Shown here: positions 7,922 through 18,469 of the stretch, piece after piece
Position numbering within the stretch: the stretch's first letter is position 1
Layout: each line of letters opens with the position of its first letter
Source of the DNA: a virus
DNA: 62,659 nucleotides
Strand: one strand, 5' to 3'
IMG/VR virus record: IMGVR_UViG_3300028048_000073
Coordinates: 1 to 62,659 of that record
Made by a program: the position numbers and the translations under genes
Notes under the pieces: model-generated
The model's database searches: none
Told to the model about the DNA's origin: nothing
What the model saw: only the letters and a program-made list of their open reading frames with translations

Positions 7922-9306
7922 CCTCAAGCATTACACTATCTAAAGTCGAAGAGCTCTGTAAGCTATTACCATTCTTACAGAATGAAATCAATTGGGAGCG
8001 TGGGGAAACAAGAAAAACAAAAGATGATGTATGTTACAAATTTAAAAATGGTTCAATTATAGATATTCTTGCAGCAAAAGAAAGTTCAAGAGGGCAAAGA
8101 AGACACTCTGGATTGATGGAGGAGTGCGTTCTTATAGATCAAACTGCTTTGAATGAAATAATTATCCCAACGACGAATGTGAACAGGAACCTTCCGGACG
8201 GATCAACTGACCCTAAGGAGATTGTGAACAAGAGCCAAGTGTATATCACCACAGCAGGCTGGAAAGCCTCGTTCGCGTACACAAAACTTATTGAACTATT
8301 GATTCAATCAATTATTGAACCAGATGAAGTCATGATTGCGGGAGGTACCTATGAAACGCCTGTACTCGAAGGGTTATTAGATGAAAACTTCGTTAATCAG
8401 TTACAGCTACAAGATACTTACAATGAGGATTCCTTTGACCGAGAGTACAGGTCTCGTTGGAGTGGAGATGTGGCGAACGCATTCTTCTCTGCGGAAAAAT
8501 TTGATAGATATAGAGTGCTGAAACAGGCTGAATACGAACATAGCGGCCGCTCCTCAAAAACAGCTTATTATGTATTTGGCGTGGATGTTGGACGCTTTGA
8601 TTGTACTACTGAGGTACTTGTTTTTAAAGTTACGCCTCAACCGCAGGGTCCAGCAATCAAATCGCTTGTTAATATTTATACCCTAAATGCAGAGCACTTT
8701 GAAGACCAAGCAATTAAATTGAAAAAACTATTCTTCAAATATCATGCCAAATGTATTGCTATTGACGCAAATGGCGTTGGTGCAGGTTTAGTTGACTATC
8801 TCGTAAAAGCTCAAACCGACCCAGATACTAATGAATATTTACCGCCTTTTGGCGTTGAGAATGATGATGATGGAAAATATAAGAATTTTAGAACTCCAGA
8901 TATGGAAGAAGATGCATTGTTCTTAATCAAAGCAAATGCGCCAATGAATACAGAAATGTATGCTTATGCAAAAGTACAAATGATTAATGGTAAGATTAAA
9001 CTATTAATTGATGAGTCTCAAGCAAAAGCAACACTTATGTCTACAAAGGCAGGACAAGCGATGAGTATCGCGCAACGCAATGATTATTTAAGACCTTATG
9101 TTTTAACAACTGTTTTAAGAGAACAATTGCTTAATCTCTCGCAAGAAAATGAAGGATTAAATATTATTCTTAAACAAGTATCTAAGACAATCAAAAAAGA
9201 TAAATTCTCTGCTTTTATATATGGACTTTACTATATTAAAAAGTATGAAGATTCGAAACATAAACGAAAGAAAGTTAGACTTTCTGATTATATGTTCTAT
9301 ACATAA
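7922..9306 (+). CDS. terL: large terminase subunit, exon 2 (Walker B / coupling motif / nuclease domain)
   Basis: SSSITLSKVEELCKLLPFLQ...NGSIIDILAAKESSRGQRRHSGLMEECVL aligns with gp17 [21 protein letters not shown]...[30 protein letters not shown]. The frame is open from 7909. Confidence 0.75.
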
Positions 9307-9388
9307 AATTGGACAAAAATAAGCATTTCTCTTTCTCTTGTTTTTAAATATGAGAGAAAGAGAATTTGCATAAAAGAAAGGGTGATGA

Positions 9389-9751
9389 ATGTGAGGGCTT
9401 CAAGAGCAGAAATAAAAATAGAAGATATATTAAAATTTTCAGATTTAAATTTTCAAGAAGAATATAGTTTTCCAGATTTAGTTTCAAATAATGGGCGTCC
9501 TCTTCGATAGCTTTGATTTTGCAGTATTTGATGATGAAGGAAATCTTGATTTCTTAATTGAATATAATGGAATTCAGCATTACGAACCCAAAAGCAAATT
9601 TGGTGGAATTTCTGGCTTGCGCAAACAACAATACAATGATAATATGAAAAGAAGATATTGTGAAAAACACAATATTACTCTTGTAGAAATTCCATATACT
9701 GAGGAAAACCTCATTAGTTATGATTATATAATGAAAGCCGCAGGCTACTAA
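9389..9751 (+). pseudogene. free-standing PD-(D/E)xK-like (DUF559 / Vsr / EDxHD-like) endonuclease gene split by a +1 frameshift at 9508-9512
   Basis: ORF A (9389..9511, ...NNGRPLR-stop) and ORF B (9491..9751, FDFAVFDDEGNLDFLIEYNGIQHY...) together align with the C-terminal domain of the 59937..60968 protein (LFFDIGIYNKDKLLYLIEYDGIQHF...IPLIRIPY). Confidence 0.55.
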
Positions 9752-9763
9752 AGGGGTGAGAAA

Positions 9764-11410
9764 ATGGATGAAAAAATGACATATATTAGTTATGATGCCA
9801 AAAGACAAGAGTATATTCATAGTAAAAGTTTTAATTTCTTTGAGCCAGGAGATAGGCTTGAAAATATGAATAGTCTTACGGCCTATGGTGACATAAAAGT
9901 TGGTCCAAAAATACTTGAAAATGCAGTTGTTGACTTAAACTTTTTTAAAAAGGTTAATCCAAGGCTTGGAGATAAGATGACAGTCATGCGGGCGCTAAAC
10001 GATGGTGACATTGTTACTTTACGAGAGGTGTCTGATTTCTTTTTTAGAACAAGTGGTATTTATGCTCGATTATGTAGATATCTTGCTTTTCTATATAGAT
10101 ACGATTGGATAATTACTCCGCACGTTATTCAAGCGGGCGCAGAGACTGATACTGAAAAAATTGTAGATAAATTTTATAAAGCTCAAAATAGATTTGAAAA
10201 TTTTGGTGTTAAGGCTTTTTGTCAAGACGTTGCTTTAAAAGTTGTTAAGCATGGCTGTTATTATGGCTATATAGTTGAAAATGGTAACACAGCAAGTGTA
10301 CAAGAATTGCCACCAAATTATTGCCGCAGCCGCTATAGAGTTAATGAGAAACCTGCTATTGAATTTAATATGAAATTCTTTGATGACCAATTCAGAACTT
10401 TAGAACTTCGTTTAAAAGTTTTAAAACTTTTCCCCAAAGAATTTAGAAAAGGATATAAACTTTATAAAGAGGGTAAACTAAAAGACGAGATGGGGCAACA
10501 TAATGGTTGGTATTTGCTCGATGTCGGTAATGCAATAAAATTTAATCTTAATGGTGAAGACAGTCCTATAATGGCGTCTGTTATTCCTGCGATAATAGAT
10601 TTAACTGCCGCACAAGAGTTAGATAAACAAAAAGCCGCACAAAAATTATTAAAAATTATTATTCAAAAATTGCCTTTAAACAAAGAAGGCGAAATGATCT
10701 TTGACCCAGATGAAGGTAGAGATATTCATAATAATGCTGTTAGAATGTTAGGTAATGCTATTGGTATCAATGTATTAACTACTTTTGCGGACGTTGAGGT
10801 TGCAGATACAGACTCTACTGCTTCACAAACTGCAACAGATGAATTGGAAAGAAGAGAGCGTACCGTTTATAATGAGGCGGGAGTTTCTCAAATGCAGTTT
10901 AATACAGATGGTAACATAGCTCTTGAGAAAAGTATTCTTAATGATGAAGCTATGATGTATAATTTAGTATTGCAGCTACAGAAATTCTTAAATATTCTAT
11001 TGAAGCCTTATAATAAAGCTCCAAAGAAACTGAATTTAATTGCAGAAATATTGCCAACTACAATTTATAATTATAAAGATATGGCAAAACAATATAAAGA
11101 AATGGCAACAATGGGCTTCTCAAAAATGGCGCCAATGGTTGCTATGGGACAGTCTCAAGCAAATATACTTGCTTCCGCTTACTTCGAGAATCAGGTTCTA
11201 CAGCTGTACAATATCTTAATACCACCACTAAGCACAAACGTTATGAATGGCGATACTCTATTGAATCTTGGACAGGGCGGCGATCCAAAAGGAAAACAAA
11301 CAGAACAGCCGCAGCAACAGCAAGGTGAAGAAAAAACGTCTGGTAGACCTGAAAAGCCAGATGATGAAAAAAGTGAGAAAACGATAATGAATAGAGAAAG
11401 TATGAATTAA
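9764..11410 (+). CDS. portal protein (putative)
   Basis: 548-aa ORF immediately after terL, acidic Q-rich C-terminus, GGGGTGAG RBS. Confidence 0.55.
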   Translation: MDEKMTYISYDAKRQEYIHSKSFNFFEPGDRLENMNSLTAYGDIKVGPKILENAVVDLNFFKKVNPRLGDKMTVMRALNDGDIVTLREVSDFFFRTSGIYARLCRYLAFLYRYDWIITPHVIQAGAETDTEKIVDKFYKAQNRFENFGVKAFCQDVALKVVKHGCYYGYIVENGNTASVQELPPNYCRSRYRVNEKPAIEFNMKFFDDQFRTLELRLKVLKLFPKEFRKGYKLYKEGKLKDEMGQHNGWYLLDVGNAIKFNLNGEDSPIMASVIPAIIDLTAAQELDKQKAAQKLLKIIIQKLPLNKEGEMIFDPDEGRDIHNNAVRMLGNAIGINVLTTFADVEVADTDSTASQTATDELERRERTVYNEAGVSQMQFNTDGNIALEKSILNDEAMMYNLVLQLQKFLNILLKPYNKAPKKLNLIAEILPTTIYNYKDMAKQYKEMATMGFSKMAPMVAMGQSQANILASAYFENQVLQLYNILIPPLSTNVMNGDTLLNLGQGGDPKGKQTEQPQQQQGEEKTSGRPEKPDDEKSEKTIMNRESMN

Positions 11411-11487
11411 TTTTGGACATAACTTATTAACATATTTTTAGATATTTTAAAATACAATAGATAAATTTTTGTGAGGAGGATTAAGAT

Positions 11488-12864
11488 ATGCATCAATCCG
11501 TTGCTACTATTAAGTCTCCAGAATTTATCAATCTTCAGCCTCTTGATATTAATCCCTTAATGAGTTCTTGCGAAGTTAAGGTTTTATACACTGGACAAAA
11601 TCGAAATGGTAGTTATATCACAAAAGAGGTTGCTACCGAAATGGCAAAAACATTGCGCGGAGCTCCGATTGTCGGCTACTATAAAGCAGATGCTGAAGAC
11701 TTCGGTGACCACGGCGATCAAATAGTTATTGATGGAGACGGTTTTCATTTTAATTGTTTGACTCGCCCTTATGGTTTTGTCTCACCAGATGCAAAAGTTT
11801 GGTTTCAAGAATTTGATGATACCGATGATTTTGGAAATATTACAACAAGAGAATATCTAATGACTACAGGTTTCCTTTGGACGGGTCAGTTTGAAGAAGC
11901 TCGCCGCGTTGTTGAGAAAGGCAATAACCAGTCTATGGAATTAGATGATAAGACTCTTGATGGGCATTGGAGTACAGATTCTCTAAAGGGTATTGAGTTC
12001 TTCATTATAGATGATGCAATATTCTCAAAGCTCTGTTTATTAGGTGAAGATGTAGAGCCATGCTTTGAAGGAGCAAGTGTAACTGCTCCAGAAATAAGTA
12101 CAGCATTTTCAAAAGATGAAAATGATTTTAAAGCTACTTTATATAATATGATGAAAGATTTAAAATATGCTTTAGAAAGGAGAAGTGACACTATGGACAA
12201 TGAAACAAAAGTTGAAGTTCAGGATACAACAACAGAGTTTGAAGCTACAACAGAAACAGTTGCTGAGGTAGCTGAAACAGTAGAAACTCCTGTAGAAGAA
12301 ACTGAATTTAAGAAAACTGAAGACGACGATAAGAAAGAAGCCCCTGCGGATGAACAGAAAGAAGATTCTGGTTCTGATTCAGAGTCAACAGATGATAAGA
12401 AAGAAGATTCATCTGATGATAAAGAAGATGATGAAAAGAAGAAAGACTTTAGTGCGAAGGCGCCTGAAGTAGATGCTCCCGCAGTTGATTATGAAAAAGA
12501 GTATAATACTCTAAAGAGTGAATATGCTCTTGTCGTAGAAGAACTTAAAGAATTACGCTCTTTCAAGGCACAGATAGAAAGTGCTCAAAAAGATGAATTG
12601 ATTGGTAAATTCTATATGCTTTCTGATGAAGATAAAGCAGATGTAATTGAAAATAAAGAGAAGTATTCTCTTGATGAAATTGAAGCAAAACTTTCAGTAA
12701 TTTGTTTTAGAAAAAAGGTCAATTTTGATTTAGAGACAAATGATAAAAATGAAAGTAATACAGAAGACGATGTTGAAATAACAACATATAATCTTTCTGA
12801 TGATGAGTGTCTAATGCCTGCTTGGATTAAAGAAGCATTGGCAAGACAAAATAAAACAGAATAA
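11488..12864 (+). CDS. prohead protease / scaffolding-like protein (putative)
   Basis: 458 aa; globular N-terminal domain, then a highly acidic segment with coiled-coil heptads; lies between portal and capsid genes. Confidence 0.4.
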   Translation: MHQSVATIKSPEFINLQPLDINPLMSSCEVKVLYTGQNRNGSYITKEVATEMAKTLRGAPIVGYYKADAEDFGDHGDQIVIDGDGFHFNCLTRPYGFVSPDAKVWFQEFDDTDDFGNITTREYLMTTGFLWTGQFEEARRVVEKGNNQSMELDDKTLDGHWSTDSLKGIEFFIIDDAIFSKLCLLGEDVEPCFEGASVTAPEISTAFSKDENDFKATLYNMMKDLKYALERRSDTMDNETKVEVQDTTTEFEATTETVAEVAETVETPVEETEFKKTEDDDKKEAPADEQKEDSGSDSESTDDKKEDSSDDKEDDEKKKDFSAKAPEVDAPAVDYEKEYNTLKSEYALVVEELKELRSFKAQIESAQKDELIGKFYMLSDEDKADVIENKEKYSLDEIEAKLSVICFRKKVNFDLETNDKNESNTEDDVEITTYNLSDDECLMPAWIKEALARQNKTE

Positions 12865-12886
12865 TCTTAAAGGAGGAAAATATACA

Positions 12887-13624
12887 ATGGCTAGTTTTAA
12901 AAGAATTGGATTTGGTCAAATAGAACCGAATCAGCTGTCTGCCATTAAGACAGGTCAGATTTATGCGAGCCTTCCACTTGACCCCACAGTAAAAATATTA
13001 CAAAATGGTCAATTTATGTATTACAATTATGCACGAAACATGGTAACTGCTGAAGATACAGTAAGCGATGCTCAGGGTGCTGCAACAATGCCAGAGCCTT
13101 ATTTGGTATATAATGAAATTAAAATTTATGAGGATTGGCGTTCTTATAAAGATTTTGCTATGATTCGTGTTGGTGACAACTATGTTACTGATGAGGCAAT
13201 GATTGGCAGACTTACTTCTGCAAATGTAGATGGTACGACTTATGGTGGTGGTTCATTAACAACTGGTGCTCCTGTTGGAACTCCTGCTTCGCCTGGTGAT
13301 ATTACAATTACACCAGCTTACACTGGAGCAACAATTGGACACACAGAGTATCCTTACCGTATGGATGGTATTGCTCCCCGTCTGCTTAAGACAAATATTG
13401 GTGATATCTTTACAACAAATACACTGAAAGCGCAGGCAAATGAGTATGAAGAGGGAGATGTCGTTACGCCGAAGCCTCTTCAGTACCCGATTGGCGGAAC
13501 TCCTGAGTATACCGTTCTCGAGTTTGATAAAGCAACAAATGAGACAACAATGCTATTTGTTATTGTAAAGAAATATACAATGCCTGATGGTCAACGTGGC
13601 TATAAGGTTCAGAGAATTGCTTAA
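12887..13624 (+). CDS. head protein (decoration or second capsid component), hypothetical
   Basis: 245-aa ORF with strong RBS AAAGGAGG, directly before the capsid candidate. Confidence 0.4.
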   Translation: MASFKRIGFGQIEPNQLSAIKTGQIYASLPLDPTVKILQNGQFMYYNYARNMVTAEDTVSDAQGAATMPEPYLVYNEIKIYEDWRSYKDFAMIRVGDNYVTDEAMIGRLTSANVDGTTYGGGSLTTGAPVGTPASPGDITITPAYTGATIGHTEYPYRMDGIAPRLLKTNIGDIFTTNTLKAQANEYEEGDVVTPKPLQYPIGGTPEYTVLEFDKATNETTMLFVIVKKYTMPDGQRGYKVQRIA

Positions 13625-13644
13625 TGAAAGGAAGGTGAACGAAT

Positions 13645-14673
13645 ATGGCATTAGCAGTAAATGATATTATTAGTTTAGGTAAAGTAGTTGCTAGAGCGGA
13701 TAGAAAGGCGGCTACAGCGTTCAGCTTCCAGGGTCAGAATTTGACTTATTCTGCTCTGAATGAAACATTTAGAGATGAAATGAAAGAGCTGGCAAAAGAT
13801 TATTATACATTCCAAAAGAATAAGGTAACTGTTTACCAGATCATGGCTGAAATTATTGAGGAAGTATTCCCACAGAAAGTATTCGAGCAATACGGTCAGT
13901 TTGCTGAGGTTAAAACTTTTGCACAGGGTACTAAACCTATCTTCGTTCAGAAGATTACACAGGCTTCACGCAGACGTGCAAAACAGTTCATCGGAAAAGT
14001 CGGTCTCGCAGGTATCTACGAAGTGTTCAAACTTGATGGCAAGAGCTATGAAGTTACAACGAACGCTATCGGCGGAGCTGCTCAGATTGGCTTCGAGGAA
14101 TTCCTTGACGGCCGCGTAGATTTCGCTGACGTACTTGACATTGTTATGGAAGGTATGGACGAGTGCATTTATGTAGAAATTGAGAAACAATTGTTTGGTG
14201 CTATTGGCAACGTTCAGGCTGCTAATATCGTTTCTACAAATAAGTTCGACGAAGTTCAGATGGATAGACTTCTTGCAATCGCTGATTCTTATGGCGGAAA
14301 GGCAGATATTTATTGTACATTTGAGTTCGCTGCAACGATGGTTCCCGCACAGGGTTGGGTTTCTGATAGAATGAGAGACGAGAAGTGGAATAATGGTTAC
14401 TTTGCTAATTATAAGGGTCACAGAGTTATCGTTCTTCCTCAGTCTTTTGAAGATGAAACTAACCAAGTTAAGGTTATCGACCCAAGATTTGCTTACATCT
14501 TTGCTTCTGGAGTTGAAAAGCCCGTTAAGATTGCTTTTGAGGGTTCGACAATCGTTGATGAATATGTTGGTTTTGATCGTTCAAGAGAAGTTCAGGTTTA
14601 TAAGAAGGTTGGCGTAAGAGCTATCTTCTCTAACGACTTCTGCGTATATGATAACTATAGCTTAACAAGATAA
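13645..14673 (+). CDS. major capsid protein (putative)
   Basis: 342-aa ORF after the protease/scaffold gene, AGGAAGGTG RBS; codon usage closer to host-like, suggesting high expression; followed by a stem-loop. Confidence 0.5.
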   Translation: MALAVNDIISLGKVVARADRKAATAFSFQGQNLTYSALNETFRDEMKELAKDYYTFQKNKVTVYQIMAEIIEEVFPQKVFEQYGQFAEVKTFAQGTKPIFVQKITQASRRRAKQFIGKVGLAGIYEVFKLDGKSYEVTTNAIGGAAQIGFEEFLDGRVDFADVLDIVMEGMDECIYVEIEKQLFGAIGNVQAANIVSTNKFDEVQMDRLLAIADSYGGKADIYCTFEFAATMVPAQGWVSDRMRDEKWNNGYFANYKGHRVIVLPQSFEDETNQVKVIDPRFAYIFASGVEKPVKIAFEGSTIVDEYVGFDRSREVQVYKKVGVRAIFSNDFCVYDNYSLTR

Positions 14674-14692
14674 TTTAAAATACATTCGAGTA

Positions 14693-14719
14693 CAGGGAGA
14701 TTAAAGTCTAATCTCCCTG
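14693..14719 (+). terminator. stem-loop (cagggagatt-aaagtct-aatctccctg) after the capsid gene; possible attenuator
   Basis: 10-bp perfect stem; no clean T-run. Confidence 0.3.
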
Positions 14720-14752
14720 TGCTTAAAAAAGAGATAAAGGAGAAAATTGAAT

Positions 14753-15346
14753 ATGGAAGAAATAGTATCGAAGAAAAAGGTAGTTCCCGTTCGCAATCGA
14801 AATAAGGGTACAACTTGCTATACCCTTGAAGACGGAATGAAAAGAGTATTTGCGCCAGGTCAGACAAGAAACATTGATATTGATGAACTTAAAGAATTGT
14901 CAATGTCTCCAGGCGGTGAGTATGCTTTAAAGAACTTTTTTATTGTTAAAGATAGAACTGCTCTTGAGGCATTGGAAATTGAAACAGAACCAGAGTATTT
15001 TTATACAGAAGCTGAAATTAAGAAGCTCCTAACAACAGGCTCTTTAGATCAGCTTGAGGACTGTTTGAATTTTGCGCCAGATGGTGTAATTGAGATTGTT
15101 AAGAGCATGAGTGTTGAAATGGAATTACCTGATACAAGAAAGAGAGAGCTTATTACTAAGAAGACAGGTTTTAATATTGAAAATGCTATTAACGTTAATA
15201 GGATTTTAAATGAAGAGACTGACGATTCGAGTGAGAAAAACCAAAAGCCCGAAAGAAAGGCAAAGGCGATAGAGACCGCCGATTCCGCTCCGAGCAGAAA
15301 GGCAGAACCTGTAACTACGTCAAAGTATAAGATACTCGAAAAGTAA
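14753..15346 (+). CDS. hypothetical head/connector-associated protein
   Basis: ORF track 14747 trimmed to the ATG after an AAGGAG RBS. Confidence 0.45.
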   Translation: MEEIVSKKKVVPVRNRNKGTTCYTLEDGMKRVFAPGQTRNIDIDELKELSMSPGGEYALKNFFIVKDRTALEALEIETEPEYFYTEAEIKKLLTTGSLDQLEDCLNFAPDGVIEIVKSMSVEMELPDTRKRELITKKTGFNIENAINVNRILNEETDDSSEKNQKPERKAKAIETADSAPSRKAEPVTTSKYKILEK

Positions 15347-15366
15347 TTTATGGGAGGAGGATTTAT

Positions 15367-15867
15367 ATGGCGGATGTCACATCTTTCTCTGACATATATA
15401 AAATATTCTTCTCAAAGATAACAGATGATATGTATATGGAATTAGATAGACAGGATACCGAAAAACTCGTTGGTGAGCTTTTTGTTAGTGCTTTGCACTG
15501 GTTTGAGTTTCCGCGTGTTGATATCCATGATTATTCTGATGAAGGATATAATATTGCGCTATCTAAGGAAGAACAAAATATTATAGCTCACTATATGATT
15601 GTTGAATGGCTTGGTCAGCAATTAGCGAGTGTTGAGCTTACACGACAGAAGTACAGCGGCAGCGACTTTAAGTTCACGTCTCAGGCGTCACATATCCAGC
15701 GGCTACAGGCGATGAAAAAAGACTGGGAAAGACTTGGTTTTCATTTGCAACGTCTTTATAAACGTAGAGAAAGAACTGAAGATGGCGAAGTTGTACCTAC
15801 AATGTCACATTTAATGGAGAGTTATGGTTCTGAAACCAAACCTTTCAGTAGAAGATACAGCTGTTAA
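15367..15867 (+). CDS. hypothetical protein (head-tail connector region)
   Basis: 166-aa ORF, GGGAGGAGG RBS. Confidence 0.45.
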   Translation: MADVTSFSDIYKIFFSKITDDMYMELDRQDTEKLVGELFVSALHWFEFPRVDIHDYSDEGYNIALSKEEQNIIAHYMIVEWLGQQLASVELTRQKYSGSDFKFTSQASHIQRLQAMKKDWERLGFHLQRLYKRRERTEDGEVVPTMSHLMESYGSETKPFSRRYSC

Positions 15868-16138
15868 AAAGTATCTTGTTCGGTTAACGAACCAAATCTA
15901 TAAATTATTACCAAGCCGAGAAGAGGGCGCAGATTGGCAATGGTCGCTCTCAATAGTAATTGAAGAAATTATGGGAATGAAAGAAATCTTTATTAATCAT
16001 CAGGACAAATTGCTTTCTGTATTGTGTAAATTAGAAGGTATGCGTTCTCTCAATGACGAGGAAGATTTTGCGTTATATCGTAGAACAGTTTTTGAATGTT
16101 TGGGTTTAATAAATGAGGTGGCTGCAGATGTTAACTGA
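15824..16138 (+). CDS. hypothetical protein (head-tail joining region)
   Basis: 104-aa ORF overlapping its neighbours in operon fashion. Confidence 0.35.
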   Translation: MVLKPNLSVEDTAVKKYLVRLTNQIYKLLPSREEGADWQWSLSIVIEEIMGMKEIFINHQDKLLSVLCKLEGMRSLNDEEDFALYRRTVFECLGLINEVAADVN

Positions 16139-17084
16139 AAATATGAATATGCGGCTGCAATGGATGGGTGGCGCTCGACAACAGGATCGAATGAATGAAG
16201 ATAAACTTCGAACCTTAAAGAAAGCATTGCTATATTCTTATCAGGCAATTACGCTTGAAAATGAGGAAGGAAAACAATTTAGAGCGTTGTTAAATCCAGA
16301 CAAGTTAAAAAACGACTACGACCAAAAAACACTTTCAATCCCGTTCAATGATATATGCCTTAATGAAGAGCGTATTGGAACTACAATTGAGGGATTGCAG
16401 CCGACTGGTATCTCTACAGGTCAGGTCTTCCGCAATGTAGACAACGATACCTATTGGTTAATTTATCTACGGAATCTGGAAGAAACAGCCTACTTCCGCG
16501 CAGAAGTGAGAAGATGCAAAGAAGAGGTTGAAATTAATGGACATAAATATAAAGTTTATGTGCGTGGGCCTGTAGAAACAAAGATTCAATGGAATCAAAA
16601 GAAAGGTGACAACTGGAACAATCTTAATTATAGTTTGCTTATGTATATTACAGAAAATGAAGAAACACGAGAATTTTTTCATAGGTTTTCTAAAATTAAA
16701 GTTAGAGGTAAGCCTTATGAATGCCAAGTGCAAGATTCATTCGCGGCAGATGATATAATTGAAGTTGTACTATTGGAAACCTATGATAATCCATTGGAAG
16801 ACCAAGAAGGTATCCCAGCAGTTGAAGAGATTATTCCCGCAGAAAATGAACCTCAAATTAAAGGTCCAAGCTATGTGGGTCCATACTCAATTAATGAATA
16901 TGAGATATCCAATATCGCTTCCGGTGGCACATGGAAAAAAGATTCTGCAAATGTTAAATTTATTTCTGGTGGGAATGGTAAAATTAACATAGAGATTTTA
17001 ACAGGGAAACCGTTTAAATTTAATTTATCTTATACTGTGAATGATGAAACAGTTACTAAACAAATCAATGTAGAATCTTTTTAA
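16113..17084 (+). CDS. hypothetical structural protein
   Basis: 323-aa ORF with translationally coupled start. Confidence 0.45.
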   Translation: MRWLQMLTENMNMRLQWMGGARQQDRMNEDKLRTLKKALLYSYQAITLENEEGKQFRALLNPDKLKNDYDQKTLSIPFNDICLNEERIGTTIEGLQPTGISTGQVFRNVDNDTYWLIYLRNLEETAYFRAEVRRCKEEVEINGHKYKVYVRGPVETKIQWNQKKGDNWNNLNYSLLMYITENEETREFFHRFSKIKVRGKPYECQVQDSFAADDIIEVVLLETYDNPLEDQEGIPAVEEIIPAENEPQIKGPSYVGPYSINEYEISNIASGGTWKKDSANVKFISGGNGKINIEILTGKPFKFNLSYTVNDETVTKQINVESF

Positions 17085-17100
17085 AGGAGTTGAAGGATAG

Positions 17101-17697
17101 ATGGTAGATTTGACAGTAAAATGTAAATCATCTTTTCTTTCTTGTGAAAAAGATACAGAAGAAATTCTTTATAAATTATTTATTAAAAGTAGACAATATA
17201 GTGAGAATCTCAAAAGATTACTTTTAATTCCTAATAAAGATTGCTTGACCAACAAAGAAAACGAGGAATATAAAAAGTTATTAGAACAAGCTGATTTAAA
17301 CTATCTTAGAAAAAATGGATATTTAAAACTTGAACCAAAGATTAGGATGCCAGAGCATGAAGATAAAAAATCATATATTATTATGTCTTTTGATAACTTC
17401 ACGCAAAGCGGCAATCCAGAATTTAGAGATTGTATTGTCACTTTTGATGTTATATGCCATATAGATACTTGGGATATAGGTAATTATCAATTGAGACCAT
17501 TGAAGATATGCGGATATATTGATGGACTTTTAAATAATACTCGTTTATCAGGTATTGGTACTTTTCAATTTATGGGATGTAGTGAGCTAATTCTTAATCA
17601 AGATTTAGCTGGATATACTTTGATGTATAGCGCTGTGCACGGATCTGATGATTTAATAGAACGAGATGGCGCAATCCCAGAACGGAAATATAAATGA
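17101..17697 (+). CDS. hypothetical protein (AT-rich)
   Basis: 198-aa ORF, GGAGTTGAAGGA RBS, lower GC than neighbouring structural genes. Confidence 0.45.
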   Translation: MVDLTVKCKSSFLSCEKDTEEILYKLFIKSRQYSENLKRLLLIPNKDCLTNKENEEYKKLLEQADLNYLRKNGYLKLEPKIRMPEHEDKKSYIIMSFDNFTQSGNPEFRDCIVTFDVICHIDTWDIGNYQLRPLKICGYIDGLLNNTRLSGIGTFQFMGCSELILNQDLAGYTLMYSAVHGSDDLIERDGAIPERKYK

Positions 17698-18455
17698 TAG
17701 ATCCTTTTATTCTTAACTCCAAAATAGACATTCCTTTTTATGGCGCTGAGGTTTCAGTTCATCAACCTTCCTTAAAAGAAATAGCATATATTGGAGGTCA
17801 AGATGTTTTGTTTCCTGGCTGTGAATTATTAAGAATTTCTAAAGATATCTTAAATGAGAATGACAAAGTTGATTTAGAAAACATCACAAACTTTGATATA
17901 TTAATGCAAGTAATTTCTATTTCTTCGCCAGAATTAAAAAAGCCAATAGAAAGTGCTAAATTAGTCTTGGAGATCTTGTTCCCAGAATATGAAATAGAAT
18001 GGAAACCACCTTTTGAGATTGTTTTGACTAAAGAGTTTTATAAAACCTCAATTAATCGTAATAATTATGATGAGCTAAGAGCAATGCTTCCTGAAATATT
18101 TTGTTTAGTTCGACAAGGACAGCAAGATGAGTTTGATCCAAATGATGCAATGGCAAGACGAATTGCGGAGCAGATTAAACGATATAGAAAAAAAATGGCT
18201 CAACAAAGGGGCGGCGAAACAGGCTCAATTTTTGATAGATATATTTCTATTCTATCTGTTGGTTTAAATAAGGATAAAAATAAGCTATTAGAATATTCGG
18301 TATATCAATTGTTTGATGAATTTGAGAGATATCAAGCTAAAGTAGCTTATGATATATATGTCCAAGCAAAAATGGCTGGGGCAAAAGATATTGAAGATGT
18401 AGACAATTGGATGAGGGATTTACACTCACGGTCTACAGAAGATGAATTTATTTAA
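17694..18455 (+). CDS. hypothetical protein (AT-rich)
   Basis: 253-aa ORF overlapping the previous stop (ATGA). Confidence 0.45.
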   Translation: MIDPFILNSKIDIPFYGAEVSVHQPSLKEIAYIGGQDVLFPGCELLRISKDILNENDKVDLENITNFDILMQVISISSPELKKPIESAKLVLEILFPEYEIEWKPPFEIVLTKEFYKTSINRNNYDELRAMLPEIFCLVRQGQQDEFDPNDAMARRIAEQIKRYRKKMAQQRGGETGSIFDRYISILSVGLNKDKNKLLEYSVYQLFDEFERYQAKVAYDIYVQAKMAGAKDIEDVDNWMRDLHSRSTEDEFI

Positions 18456-18469
18456 GGAGGAAAACCGAT

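Noticed and set aside
13675-14617. Antisense and alternative-frame ORFs inside the capsid gene (13675..13890 minus, 13966..14466 minus, 13856..14119 plus and others)
   Set aside because: They are embedded in a well-supported 342-aa plus-strand gene with an RBS. They have no start-site signals.
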